A stretch of DNA of 62,337 bases, filler included, from Globobulimina sp. (lineage: Eukaryota): NCBI GenBank assembly GCA_003354225.1. It is 22 parts of 22 records of this genome, joined end to end, with 100 filler letters (N's around TTAATTAATTAA, not from the genome) between each part and the next. Parts side by side here need not be neighbours in the genome. Positions count along the whole stretch, not along the records: positions 45,423 to 48,158 come from PIVH01005143.1; positions 48,259 to 50,994 come from PIVH01005144.1; positions 51,095 to 53,830 come from PIVH01005145.1; positions 53,931 to 56,666 come from PIVH01005146.1; positions 56,767 to 59,502 come from PIVH01005147.1; 17 more parts are not named here. One strand, written 5' to 3'. The position numbers and the translations under genes are program-made. The notes under the pieces were generated by a model. The model was not told the origin of the DNA. It saw only the letters and a program-made list of their open reading frames with translations, and made no database searches. Positions 45,423 through 57,949 of the stretch are shown here, piece by piece. Position 1 is the stretch's first letter. Each line of letters starts with the position of its first letter.

Positions 45423-45927
45423 ACCAACGACTAAAATTGTAAACGTCGAAAAACCAGAAAAATTGTTAAAACTCTTCAAAAAAGAACATAAACGAAAGAA
45501 AAGAAAAAAGAAAGCACAAAAAAAAAAAGCAAATATGGTTAGTCCACAAGCATCGATTGGACGGCTCATTGATTCCATGGAACAGCAAGAGGCAAAAAGA
45601 GTAATTGTGTTTTTATATTATGAATTTTTTAAACATCACAAATTATCCGAAAGTACAACAACAAAATTCTTGCAAAAATATACCAAATTAAAACTGAACC
45701 AAACAATGGGCCAATTATTTAAGTCGCATTCAATCACGTTATTAAAAGATAATAATTACACATTAACCGGGAAAGACTTATGGCGAATATATAGAGACTT
45801 ATCCAATGCTGCCATTAAATTACCAGTTACGTACTTGCGATTTTGCGCACCATTTACATGTGCAAGGATGAAATATTTTGTTTGCTGTGCAAGGATGAAA
45901 TATTTTGTCTTTGTCTGTGTGGGGTGA
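45423..45927 (+). CDS. Hypothetical Lys-rich protein fragment; ends uncertain
   Basis: Open frame from the contig edge. The 3' part includes a duplicated TGTGCAAGGATGAAATATTTTGT that is probably intronic. Confidence 0.4.
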
Positions 45928-47026
45928 ATGTGACTGAATGCCGGTGTTTGTTTGGCGATCCACCGTTAAAGATTTCTTGCCCCACTTTTGTTTTGGTATA
46001 CGTACTCGCACTGTTTCTAAGACTAAGAGTGGTCGGTACTGGTCAGTGCCTACAGCGTTTAGCTGAAAACGATAAAAATAGCCCGTCGGTTTAGTCTGAT
46101 TTCTCGATTGGTAATGCTTACTTAATGGACACATACTGTTCTATTCACGTATTGCTTTATTATCCGGTCCATTTAACAGTTTTTGTACTTCGTACTGCTG
46201 GCTTATGCAGAAACGGACAGTTTACGCCTTTGCTGTCCATTCACCTCACTTAGAAAATATAATATATTCTAGCATTTATATTTTATATTAACTGTACGCA
46301 TTTATATTATATATATATAGCAATTAACAGGAGCATCGATTGGGGAATGTTTTACGGCGATGGTCGAAGAAAAAGAGAATATGATGAATGATGTTACAAT
46401 CACAATGACATCGACGTATATGAAACAAAGAAATTTAACACATGAAGTGTTACAATTTTGAAATTAAAAAAAATGGTTGTCTTTATTTAATTTTTGCTTG
46501 ATATATTATGTTTTGTTTGTGTTTTCAACAAAATATTTCTTGTTTGTTTTGTGTTTGAACGCTCATAATAATATTTTCTATTTTTTTCTTTGTTTTTTTA
46601 TTTTATTTTGTTATCAAATATCTCTCTCTGTTCATTATTTTATTTATTTATTTTGTTTTTCCTGTTTATTTTTGTTTGCTATTGTATTAAATATCTAATA
46701 TCTGTCTCTGTTCATCATTTAAGTTTATTATTTTTCTCTTGCACATCAATGACATCCATAGCTCCATTTCATTCGCAAGAACTTGTAAAAAGTTCAAATA
46801 AATTAACATCATAACTAGTAGCGGACATGACAGAAACAACAATACAAGGAGCTATTGATGAATTAGGCAATGGGATGAGTTTGAAAATTGACTGCGACGT
46901 TGATTAGTTTTGTTTTTCAGTTTGGAAATATTACAAGAAACGTACAGCCAAAAACGGCACAGAATGCACTTCAAAAGCATTGGTCTCAAAATTAAATAAC
47001 AATGAAAACAAAAAAAAAATGATTTA

Positions 47027-48102
47027 TTACACATTATTTGCATTGACGTAATTTGTGTCAAAATATTTAGGTTTATTAGTTAAAATATATTGGATAATAA
47101 ATTCAATTTGTTGTTTTAAGATTTGTTTCGTATCATTATCCAAATCATTTGGCGATAACAACTGCGGCAATTTAACAAATAATCGGCATAAATGCTCCGC
47201 GCCGTAGATCTCATCCATGCTAAGATGCTGATGGTGAGTGGTCACATTATTATATTGATTCCTTTCTAATTTATACAGCAATGTGACTTTGAGAGCCTGA
47301 TTGAAATAATCCTTCAATCCACGCGATATCTCAGTGACGATATTCTTGTCTTGCCCTGATTTTATAGCAAACGCTTCAAAATCGGTCAAAATATCCGTTA
47401 TACGAACACCAACGTTTCGCGGCAATGATATTAATAATGATTTTTTAGTTATATTCTCCCAATCGATTATCAACGACTTCTTTAACTGTGTTGGCAATTT
47501 AATTTCCAATGTCTCTCTCTCTTCGCCTCGGCCTCCATTCTTGTTATTTTTATTTTTGTTTTTCTTCTTTTTATCAACGCTGTCTTCCCGGTTTAACCTT
47601 CGTTTCTTCTTTGACGATGCCGGCACATTATCCACATTCCTCAATTTCCTCTTTTTCTTATTCTTGTTCTTATTCTTATTTGTGTCATAATCCTCATCTT
47701 CGTCATCATCGATGTCGTTGTCTTGCTCTTCTTCGTCGTCTTGTTGTTCTTGCATTTGCTGTAATTGTTGAGCTTTAATCTCAGCTTTTTTCTCAGTCAT
47801 AATTTGAATGTTTGTCGGATTTATTTTTAATAAACGACGTGCATTGACCCATTCATCCCTATGTCGGTTGGTTATGAATGTTGCGTAAAAAAACAAAAAG
47901 AGAGTGTATACCATCGTTTATTCCATCCCTTGTAATGTATTCTATAAAGAGCTTCTTTTGATTTACTGTCAAGTTTATGTTCTAATATTTTGGCTTCGTA
48001 AATGTCATCGTTGTGTTTTTGAGGCAAAACTAGCACCTTTTCATCTTTTTGGAATTTGTATTCATGTGAGTCAGAACCGCTGGACCGTTTCTTGGACGGC
48101 AT
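47027..48102 (-). CDS. EAF3: MRG15/Eaf3-family protein (chromo-barrel plus MRG domain); intron 47859-47911
   Basis: IYEAKIL..YRIHYKGWNKRW|DEWV is restored by a 53-nt intron. MRG motifs LKKSLIIDWENIT, GLKDYFNQAL..LLYKLERNQY and IYGAEHLCRLFVKLP. Confidence 0.93.
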
Positions 48103-48258
48103 GCTTGACAAGATTTGAGGATACGAAAAAGTTTTTGCCGTGTCATGCAAATAGGGCCNNNNNNNNNNNNNNNNNNNNNNNNNNNNNNNNNNNNNNNNNN
48201 NNTTAATTAATTAANNNNNNNNNNNNNNNNNNNNNNNNNNNNNNNNNNNNNNNNNNNN

Positions 48259-49149
48259 ATACAGTTACACCAAATATAAAATATCAAGCAACTGTAGATT
48301 TACCAAGCAACGCTGACAACAATCCGAATTTGAAGATCCGCTTTCGAGTTGATTCAGTAGTTGATGAAGAAGAGAATTGTTACATTAATGACCTCCGCAT
48401 TTATTCCAATCCCGCAACTCCGCCACCAACATCACCGCCAACAACAAGTAGTCATACATGTACATATTGTGGAATATTATAATTCTCACATTGTTCTCCG
48501 TATGATTGTAATACCAGTCGTGAGTGGACAAAAATATTTTGATGTATAGCACATGTAATAGCACTCTTTTACTGTGTAATCAGAAATAGATATCATATCT
48601 ATCGTTGTTCAACTTGAGTGACATATGACATACATATAAAATATGTTTGTCCAGTCAATGACCAGTATTGCAAAATTTGATACAGATATCCCTACAACCT
48701 CAGCACCAACAACCTCAAATCCAACATCCGTACCAACATATGTACCCACTACAAATCAACCTACACAATTTCCAACCAATTATCCATCCTCAGACCCAAC
48801 AGTTGATCCGACAAGTTATCCTAATACAGATCCAACATCTAATCCCAGTTTAAATTCAACGCAAGAGATCGAAGGAGAGATTCAAGATGGCTTTGATGAT
48901 AAAGACGATGTTATTACAACAACCACAAATTACAACTACCGCGATTACACTCGTTACAGAGTTATTGTAATTATTGTCTTTATTTTTATATTTGCATTTT
49001 GCCTTATTTCTTGTTGTTTGGCTATTATATTATATTTAAGAAAGAAACGAATTACTTTAAATGAACAAATTAAATTGACGCACGCAGTCAGCTATGATGG
49101 CGCTGAAGGTATGCAAATATATTCGAGATTTACAATTGTCACTAGCTGA
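48259..49149 (+). pseudogene. PT-repeat (mucin-like stalk) type I membrane protein, apparently disrupted
   Basis: TSAPTTSNPTSVPT repeats and TM VIVIIVFIFIFAFCLISCCLAIILYL. The upstream exon has an in-frame TAA near 48480, and a +1 frameshift near 48675 is needed after splicing GTGAGT..CCAG. Confidence 0.55.
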
Positions 49150-49299
49150 TTTTAATGAATTTGCTGTACTGCTCTTGTCACTGTTATATCAGTAGCGAAC
49201 AATTGGAAATCTCTGTAAAGATGAGATTGTGTTATCAAATGACAATGATTTGATTATTATCTTTTAAGTTTTTTTGATTACATACAAAAAACAGGAATT

Positions 49300-49411
49300 T
49301 CTGAAATAATCCAGGAAATATTCTGACTATTAAGTTAATTTTTATTTCAGAAAACACCATCTGAAATAATCCAGGAAATATTCTGACTATTAAGTTAATT
49401 TGTATTTCAGA
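49300..49411. repeat. Tandem pair of 52-bp units (period 60), each bounded by a TCTGAAATA/TATTTCAGA inverted repeat
   Basis: 49300-49351 and 49360-49411 differ at one base. Confidence 0.85.
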
Positions 49412-49641
49412 TGTGCTAATACTATTGTTTCTGAAATAAAAACTTATTTTTCTGAATATAATGTTATATATTGTATACAGTTATATATTTCTATATGTTA
49501 ACAGTTACATACTGTATACTAAATATAATTGCTGCGGATAACATCAATATTCCATTTGGCTTTTTGCTTACTATGAAATGGTCGATGGTTTCACAAAAGC
49601 TTTACTGCTCACTAAGTACGTCCATAATTTTAATTGTTGTA

Positions 49642-49794
49642 TTTAGTAACATGACATCGCTTTTACATCGCTTTTACATCGATCAACATCGCTCATACAA
49701 GCGATCAACATCGCTCACATTGTTGGTGTTAGGGGTTGACATGACTTTGCTAAGTCCATGATACATTTACGATTTTTTACATCATGTTACTAAA
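49642..49794. mobile_element. Small MITE-like element with a 13-bp perfect terminal inverted repeat
   Basis: TTTAGTAACATGA ... TCATGTTACTAAA with internal ACATCGCT repeats. No clear target-site duplication. Confidence 0.45.
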
Positions 49795-50033
49795 ACTAAA
49801 AAAACAACAATCGTTTATCAAACATCAATGTCTTCGTCTCCTCCGTCTCTGTGTATTTATATTGTAAGCAATTTTTGATTATGTTGCCGATTGATACTTA
49901 TTTTTCAGATGAAATCCAAAAGAAGGTCTATGTGTGTAGCAGGAAACGGCTAAAATGGTAAACAAGAAAAGATATGATTGTATACAACAAACAAGAAAAG
50001 ATATAAATGTTTAATAAAATAATATTAGTTATT

Positions 50034-50696
50034 TTATCTCATCTTTTTCTTTGGAGGTTGGCTATCTTGACACATGATACATATTGGTTTATCATAATGT
50101 TTACTATACTTGTCTCCATAATATTTAGCAAACTCAGCAGCTTCCGCAAATGTTTCATATTCTCGACACTCAGCACCACAACATTCTGTTTTACAAATTG
50201 AACAAGAAAATATACGATGAGATCCGCAGCCACCAATGCCATATTGAACTCGAATATCTGCATATTCCGAACATTCAAATTCTTCACACACGGTGCAATA
50301 TGCCCGATGCTTTGTGCAATATGTATAAGTTGAACCACATACGCAATGCTCTGATAAAAATACTTGATCACACCGAGAACAACCTGGCCCCATAAAATGT
50401 TTCTCAAAAAAGCATTGTTCAATATTTTCTTGATTTTTCCCTCCGCAGTGGGCACAAAATACTTGTTTTGTTTGCGACGAATAATATTGTGCTGAATCTG
50501 ATGCTTTATCCTCCTCACAATGATTACTATGTAAAATTAAAACATCATCGTCACAATTGTGACATTGTAATATTTTTCCGGTCGCGTATTCAGATATTTC
50601 TCTGACGATCGAACTTGCTAAATTGAGAACTGTTTTTTGTATTGCATTGAAGATTATAATACATTGTGCCTCGTCTTTGTTATTGGTAAATGTCAT
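50034..50696 (-). CDS. Cys-rich protein with many CxxC pairs (zinc-binding) and an N-terminal helical motif
   Basis: CHNC, CAHC, CSRC, CVC, CTVC, CSIC, CAEC-like and CIMC clusters. N-terminal LASSIVREISEYATG and C-terminal PPKKKMR NLS-like end. Confidence 0.6.
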   Translation of the reverse strand: MTFTNNKDEAQCIIIFNAIQKTVLNLASSIVREISEYATGKILQCHNCDDDVLILHSNHCEEDKASDSAQYYSSQTKQVFCAHCGGKNQENIEQCFFEKHFMGPGCSRCDQVFLSEHCVCGSTYTYCTKHRAYCTVCEEFECSEYADIRVQYGIGGCGSHRIFSCSICKTECCGAECREYETFAEAAEFAKYYGDKYSKHYDKPICIMCQDSQPPKKKMR

Positions 50697-51094
50697 GAAT
50701 GGCAGTAAACTGGCCAAATGTAACTTAACGCTATATTTCAAAAGATAACCTCCCCCCCCCCATGGTCGATATATTGTATACATTCCTTGCCATTATCTGA
50801 GAAACGCTATGCAAATCCAGAAACTGTTTGCTATAGATTTGTCTTGGGTTCGTCTTCACTTTGATTAATTAAAGTTTTCAAATTTTAAGTTTTTCAAATT
50901 AAGATACACTAATGGCACGCACTAAAAAAAAAAGCATCACGCTAAATCTAAGAATACGATGCAATCAAACGCAGTTTAGACCGCCTACAAAGTGNNNNNN
51001 NNNNNNNNNNNNNNNNNNNNNNNNNNNNNNNNNNNNNNTTAATTAATTAANNNNNNNNNNNNNNNNNNNNNNNNNNNNNNNNNNNNNNNNNNNN

Positions 51095-51555
51095 GAATTG
51101 CAATGTTTTTCAAATGTTTGTAATTGTAAAGGTAAAAGATTGCGAGTGTTGGTATATGGGAATGAAATTATTGAATGCATTGAATGTTTATTTTTATGCA
51201 GCGATAGTTCGTCAATGGTTGGACTTATGACTGGCGGTGAAAATAGAAATTCTTCTTGTTCTGCCAGCGAATTTTGTACCTTGTTATAGTTTATTGCATG
51301 AGAGGTTATTGTTATTTTAGCTGGGTTCGAATTCTTATTATTTGATTGTCTGATACTTTTACGATGATTTTGCAAGTTTGGCCTGATGCTTTGACATGGA
51401 TTCCAGTGATTGTTGCTGATTATATTTCGTGCTTCGACCCATCGTAATGTCGCCATATGCGGAGAGTGCCTTGAAAAAAACATTAATTGGTTTGGCCTTT
51501 CTGGCAAACGACCAAATTTGTCATGATATAGTCGCAAAATATCTGCTGTTGACAT
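51095..51555 (-). CDS. Hypothetical protein N-terminus, 3' partial
   Basis: MSTADILRLYHDKFGRLPERPNQLMFF...; the frame is open to the contig edge. Confidence 0.5.
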
Positions 51556-51765
51556 GGTCGTCTTTTTGAAAACTTGAATTTTTTCTAGTCTGCCGTTTTT
51601 GCGCGAATATAGCATGCATGCACAATTTGTCAATAAATATATATAGAAATAAATAAAATTATAATATTAGACAGAACAATGATGATAAAATAAAATAAAA
51701 TAAAATAAAATAAAATAAAATTGCACACTTTTTTTTGTTTGTTTGTGTATTTTGTGAGTGTCCTG

Positions 51766-53830
51766 TCAGTCAGTTGATATGTTATTGGCAATTTGTACCG
51801 ATATATGCGATTGCGTGTTATCAATGGTTTCATCATTTTGTAAGTCCATATATTTTGTTGTTGATCTTTTTAAAATAAGTAATGCGCAAAAATGCATTAA
51901 AACCAATAACAACAATAATGCAACAATCGGATATTCCAAATTATACTCATTATACTCTAATGTTTGTAAAACATTTTCCCCTTCAAATAAACAACCAGCA
52001 GCACCATCTCTTGACGGACATTGGAATTCTTCATTTTTAAATTCGTTGATACAATATGCCATATACGACCATCTTGTCACAGAAAAATAACTAATCCATG
52101 ATAACCAATCTGGCATTTTGGAAACATGCATAAAAAAGCCTGAAAATAGTATCATAATTCCAGCCAAATTTTGACCGATAAGAGACACAGCGCGAAGAGT
52201 CAGAGGTAAACCGCTGCACAAAAATCCTAAGCCAATTGCGGCAAAATTATTTAACATTGTAATCAATAAATAAACAGCAAAGGTCGAAATATCACTCTTT
52301 AAACCAACAATGTAATATAAAATTGCTGCCAACATCACTGGGTACACTAATTGAAAAAACATTGTCGATGCTAATGTTGTGATGTAATACATAATCAATG
52401 AATAGGATTTTGTCTGCATTTCTCTTCGAACAATCAATTTTTCAAGAAAAAATATTGGGATTACCTGAACTGTACCGCCTAAAATCTGCATCATAGAAAT
52501 ATAGCCAAATAAAAATTGTCTGTTAAATATGGAGCCATTTAACTCCGAATAAACAGCAGAACTAAGGAATGCGGTAACGAGTGTTGCTACAAACCGTGTT
52601 ATAAATGATCTTTTGCTTCGAACTATTTGCCGGAACGACCTAACTGATAAAATTGACAGTTGTTGAAATATTGAAACTTTTTCAAAATTACTTTTTTTAA
52701 AATTGGAGAATCTATTTGTATTTGTATTTGTATTTGTATTTGATTCAATTGCTTCTTTGATCAAAACTCTTTGATCAAACTCTTTGATCAATTCGCTAAT
52801 TTGTAATATTGATTCATTTCTGGCTTTCTCTGAACGGCTATCCACGGATATCACATCTAAGAAAAAATCAGCGGGATTGAAATAATTCGGACAAACAAAT
52901 CCTTTTTGTTTGAAATATTCCAATGCGACATCACCTGATTTTCCGTGGTACGCAGTGTGTCCGTTGTGTGATAGTAAGAAAATGGTATCAAATAAGTTAT
53001 AAATGGATGAGCGTGCCTGGTGTATGGATAATATCACAGTGCATCCGTTATTACATAATTTCTTTAATGTTTCCAGAACTTTTAAAGATTGAAAACTATC
53101 TAAACCAGACGTAGGCTCATCGAGTAAGATTAGCGACGGATTTCTAATTAATTCCATGCCTATGACCAGCCGTTTTTTCTCTCCGCCAGAGATACCGCGA
53201 GAAACGTCATCACCAATACGGGTATGAGATATGTCTAATAAATCCAACTCCGATAAAGTTTGTTGAACCAGTTGTTCCCTGTCGTTCTGTGTTGCAATTT
53301 CAGAATTAAATTTCGCCGCAGTCATTAATGTTTCAAAAACTGTTTGTTGACTATGCAACGCGTTGTGTTGTCGAACGATCCCAATTAAATTTCGAAATGA
53401 GCTTCTCCCCAAATTCTGTCTATCCGTGCCGTTTATGATAACGTTTCCCGTCAATTTACTGTTCTTATTTGCGATTACTGTGTTTGATAATATATTTAAT
53501 AGCGTTGTCTTACCTTTACAAAACAAATACACATTCAATATTTTTGGAAATTCACTTGCAAGATAAGACGAATTTGGATGGGAGATAAGATGTAAATATG
53601 TAAAAAAAAATATGTAAAAAAATAATTAATACCAGATCCACTCGGTCCCATAATAGCACATAATGTTCCTTCATCAACTTTGCCGCAAATGTCATTAAGT
53701 ATACATTTTCTCTCCTTTTTTACCACTACAGAATATGTGATATTTTTCCACGACAAATTAATTGGAATTCTGCTTTTTTTGGTACACGTCTTAGCCAAAA
53801 CGCTGCGATCTATGACTAACTTCATCATAC
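51766..53830 (-). CDS. ABCG: ABCG (white/BCRP-type) half transporter; intron 53514-53632, 5' end at or near the contig edge
   Basis: Walker A GPSGSG|KTT split by the intron, signature ISGGEKKR, Walker B LILLDEPTSGLD, H-loop SIHQ, NPADFFLD and a C-terminal six-TM domain. Confidence 0.95.
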
Positions 53831-53930
53831 NNNNNNNNNNNNNNNNNNNNNNNNNNNNNNNNNNNNNNNNNNNNTTAATTAATTAANNNNNNNNNNNNNN
53901 NNNNNNNNNNNNNNNNNNNNNNNNNNNNNN

Positions 53931-56666
53931 TCAGCCAAAATTCCAAATGTTTCTAATAAGAAATCACGAATATACGCAATTGCAAATGTCAAATTAAAGC
54001 CTGCTTTGCCGGACTCTTCGCCCCCTACGATTCCCTTATTTTGTTTAATTAATTTATTTAGAATATTTTGTTGAGTTTTTATTTCATTTCTTGTTCCTTC
54101 ATAAACAATTGTCGCCGCACAAATATTATCCAAATTGAATCCTTTCCATTTGGTTAAATATAATTTTGATAAAAATGATTTGTAATTATGTGATTTGCTG
54201 CCACTTGTTTTCAGAGTTTGTGATAGTTTAAATTGTGTATTATCTACCAAGCGTAATGATGCTGGACGACAATTTGTAGCGATATTTTTTACCATTTTCA
54301 TCATATTTATGCCATCCCTCCAGGCGGGAAATACCACGGAATCATACGCTACGATATCAGGCAGTTTATGCAATCGAATGACAGCCGATATAATAATACC
54401 TAAACTCCCTTCAGATCCATAAAATGGAGCCAAATAATTTGTGCCCGCAGCGACCCGGCCATACAAACCCATATTGCGATTGAGTAAACCTAACGATGTT
54501 ATCACCTCAAAGTCGATCACAATGTCTTCAATATTGCCATATTTACTTCGTTTCATACCAGAGGCAAAGGTTGCTATCCATCCGCCTAATGTTGAAAACT
54601 CATAAGAGTCCGGATAATGACCAGAGGTAAAACCAAATGAATTCAATTCTTTCTCTAACTTTTTGCCAGTTATACCAGCCATAATATTCGCAGTCTGATT
54701 CTCTCGGTTGATCCAAATTACTTTATTCATTAAACTCATATCGACCGATATTATTCTCCTTTTTTCCACTTTTTTATTTGGACACCACAGGGCATGCGTT
54801 ACGTTGGTACCTCCTCCATACGGTATTATGCACAGACCATTGCCGAATCTGTGACAATTATTCACCAATGCAATCAATTCAGTTTTGTCCTGTGGATAGA
54901 CCACAATATCTGGGATGCGGAAATCTAGATTTTTAAGTCGCAAATGTAACATATCAGAGACTGTGTGACCGGTTCCATGCATATAACGGTTCGCTATATC
55001 TTTTGTTACATACTTTGAACCAAATAATTTATGCAAAAAAGTCATTAATTCGTCGTCATTATCATTATCATTAATATTAATATTGTTATTCAGACTGATA
55101 CAGACAGGGAAATAGCGTTTTTTTCTTAATAATGGAATCTTTGATAAATCCGATAAAAATGAGATTGATTTATCAAAGTATTTATCACTTATTTCGTATC
55201 TTGACCCTTTAAAGAATAATTTATCAGATTTTAAACAAAAATAACAATCTCTGTAACCCCAATATCCTAAATTCTCATCACCGACAGATATCCTTTGACT
55301 TACTAAGCCATCGGAATCATTTGTGTTAAATTTGAGTAATGCCATTGATTTGTTTAAGTAATTAAAAGATCGATACTCTGCGATAATGTATTTGATCAAA
55401 CTGATAAACTCTTTGTAATCCGCCTCATTCTCCGCATCATCGATATCCTCCGCCTCATCCTCATATTTCATGTCTGATTCCAATTCCATTATATTACCAT
55501 TTGTTAGCCAATATTTTGTATCAGAATCAAAATAATTGCAAATATAATGTGCAAATTGTAATGTTAACATATAAATTTCTTTATTATTTGTGGGTATATG
55601 GCTAATCGCCGTGGGGTGCACTTTACAGCCTTTCTTACTTAAAAAGCTTTCAACGTTCAATTTAACCGATTTGTTATTTATATAGGGATAAATATGATAT
55701 TTGGTAATATTTGTCATTTCCATTTGTTTTAATTGTACTTTGTTCACTAAATTATTAAAAAATTGTTTATTATAATTTTGTTTTCTGACTGGAATAATAT
55801 CACCAATTTCTATATTAATATCGCCCAAAAATACCTTATTTTTGATCACAACGTCATAAAACCAGCCAAACAATTTAATCACACTAAAATCGGTTTTTTC
55901 ACCATCTAATTCTTTATAAAACGAGTCTTGTTCCGGTACGCGTTCATAATTGATAGCAATTGGAACAATATTTAAGTCCATTTCTTGCGCCAATACAGAT
56001 AGAGCGCCATGATGTGGCTTTAAAAATTGTCGATTCCGCGAGCGGGACCCTTCAATGAATAATTGATACACGTTATTTTTATCTTTGTTTTGTTTAATTT
56101 TTTTGGATAAAAAGCCATTTTTTATGTTATTCGAGCCACTATCAATAAATATGGTGTTCATCATACTCATACACATGGCGATGAGGGGCGATTGCTTGAA
56201 CTTACTCGTTGCAAATGACAATGGCATGGATAGGCCAAACAGCTGGTATTTGACGCATATCTTACAAATCAGTAAAAAATCATAAAAAGAGCGATGTGTG
56301 GGCAATAGTACAATATTCTTTTTATTTGATAATTTCCTTAAATTATCCAATGACTTATGCCCAATAATGACTTTATTGCAGGTCTTGCTGAGAATATAAG
56401 TAAAACAGGTATTTGTAATCGAAATCATTAAATTAAAATCATATTTAAATAATGGTATGGAAGCGGTCAAATCATTGATTGGTATCTTCGCTAAGTCGCA
56501 GGAGCTCTGCGCTACGATGGTAACATACTTCTTTCCATCAAACGAAATATCCGGTGTTATACCATCAGATACTTGGAAGTTGGTAGAGGTAAAATGTGCA
56601 AACTGATAGATAACGCCACTACGAACCACTACATGTTCAACTTTCGGCGGGGCAAACATTTCATTC
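53931..56666 (-). CDS. AGPS: Fusion of a PlsB/GNPAT-type acyltransferase with alkyl-dihydroxyacetonephosphate synthase (AGPS); possible fatty acyl-CoA reductase tail at the N-terminus; both ends partial
   Basis: One uninterrupted frame. Acyltransferase motifs LLPTHRSFYDFL (HxxxxD), FIEGSRSR and IVPIAINYERVPE. AGPS motifs WGYRD, HGTGHT, RIPDIVVYP, IIPYGGGTNV, GHYPDSYEFSTLGGWIAT.ASGMKRSKYGNIED, GSEGSLGII, PASLRLVDNTQF and LTFAIAYIRDF. Confidence 0.92.
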
Positions 56667-57042
56667 NNNNNNNNNNNNNNNNNNNNNNNNNNNNNNNNNN
56701 NNNNNNNNNNTTAATTAATTAANNNNNNNNNNNNNNNNNNNNNNNNNNNNNNNNNNNNNNNNNNNNCATAATCCGAAAACTATGCCAAGTTACAGTGAAA
56801 TGCATATATATTCTGATCACAATGTCTGGTTTTGCATGGTTGATCACAATTTGTATAGAGGGTATTTAGATGCCCCCATTTCAGTTTGTGTGTCTATACC
56901 CCACTACTTCTCTCTCCACATTTGCCAATCGGATTAACAAGGTTGTATTACACATAGCATAGATGTAGGAAACAAGCTAGCTGTACTCTGCACAATAGAA
57001 AGCCATACACACATATCTATTACATATATATTGGATAATAAA

Positions 57043-57376
57043 TAAAATATTGTATATAGTATCAAAGTTCTTATTATTTTAATAACTTCTGGCTAATAAA
57101 CAAAAAGTTGTATATTATCACAATAATAATACGCAGTTACATCCAGATCGCTATTCGTTGGATTACAACTAATTAGCATTTTTGATTGTGCAATCACATG
57201 TGTTTTTCTTAAAATATTGTATATAGTATCAAAATTCTTATTATTTTAATAACTTCTGGTTAATAAACAAAAAGTTGTATATTATCACAATAATAATACA
57301 CAGTTACATCCAGATCGCTATTTGCTGGATTACAACTAATTATCATTTTTGGTTGTGCAATCGCATGTGTTTTTCT
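57043..57376. repeat. Tandem duplication with a period of 167 bp covering the 3' end and downstream region of the zinc-finger gene
   Basis: TAAAATATTGTATATAGTATCAAA...CATGTGTTTTTCT occurs at 57043 and 57210 with few mismatches. Confidence 0.9.
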
Positions 57377-57847
57377 AAGGCTTTCTTGGTCGTATATGCC
57401 ATTCTACATTTGTTACACCCGAATTTCTTTTTCCGTATCCAGTAGGTATGATATTTCTGCCAATGTTCTGTGAATACATCCACACTGCCATCTATAACTT
57501 TTCGACATTGATAGCACCAATAACCTTTGGACATCTTCTAAAGAAAAGAAGTGAATAAAGTGAAGTTATTAGATAAAATCGACATAGAAAATGTTGTCCA
57601 CCTCTTCCGAATTTGACGACACTATTTGAGATTCTTTGTTTCCATCTCTTTCCTTCTTTTCTTTGTCAAATTTCTCTCGCCATTCCTTTTCTTCCCGTTC
57701 TTTCTTCGCTTGTCTATACTCTTTAGTAAAATAATATGGTTGACAACAACCTTTCCTATTGGGTGGTCGTAAATTCCCATTCATACCATACCCCTCGTCT
57801 TCGGAGGATTCATCGTCATCCTCGAATTCCTCCAAATCCCACAACAT
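57343..57847 (-). CDS. Small C2H2 zinc-finger protein with an acidic N-terminus; intron 57538-57601
   Basis: Two ORFs join in phase 0 through a 64-nt GT-AG intron. Fingers CYQC..HWQKYH and CNKC..YTTKKALEKHMRLH. Confidence 0.75.
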
Positions 57848-57949
57848 AACAACTTTAATAAAAACTTCAAAATATAATATACGTCAACACACTAGAACCA
57901 GATGTGCAGTAAATAACGACACAATTTTACATATCTATTTCATCATAAG

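Noticed and set aside
46477-46814. Phe/Leu-rich ORFs as membrane proteins
   Set aside because: They are translations of a T-rich low-complexity non-coding tract.
48259-48700. Alternative genetic code (TAA/TAG read as Gln) suggested by in-frame stops here and at 40202
   Set aside because: Well-conserved genes end at TAA or TAG at the expected place (H2A, REP, MRG) and long ORFs have no internal stops. This locus also needs a frameshift, so decay or sequencing error fits better.
17124-56666. An ether-lipid gene cluster (PEDS1 + lipase + GNPAT-AGPS), or a tubulin cluster
   Set aside because: The genes lie on different contigs (only PEDS1 and the lipase share one), so co-occurrence in the window is not synteny.
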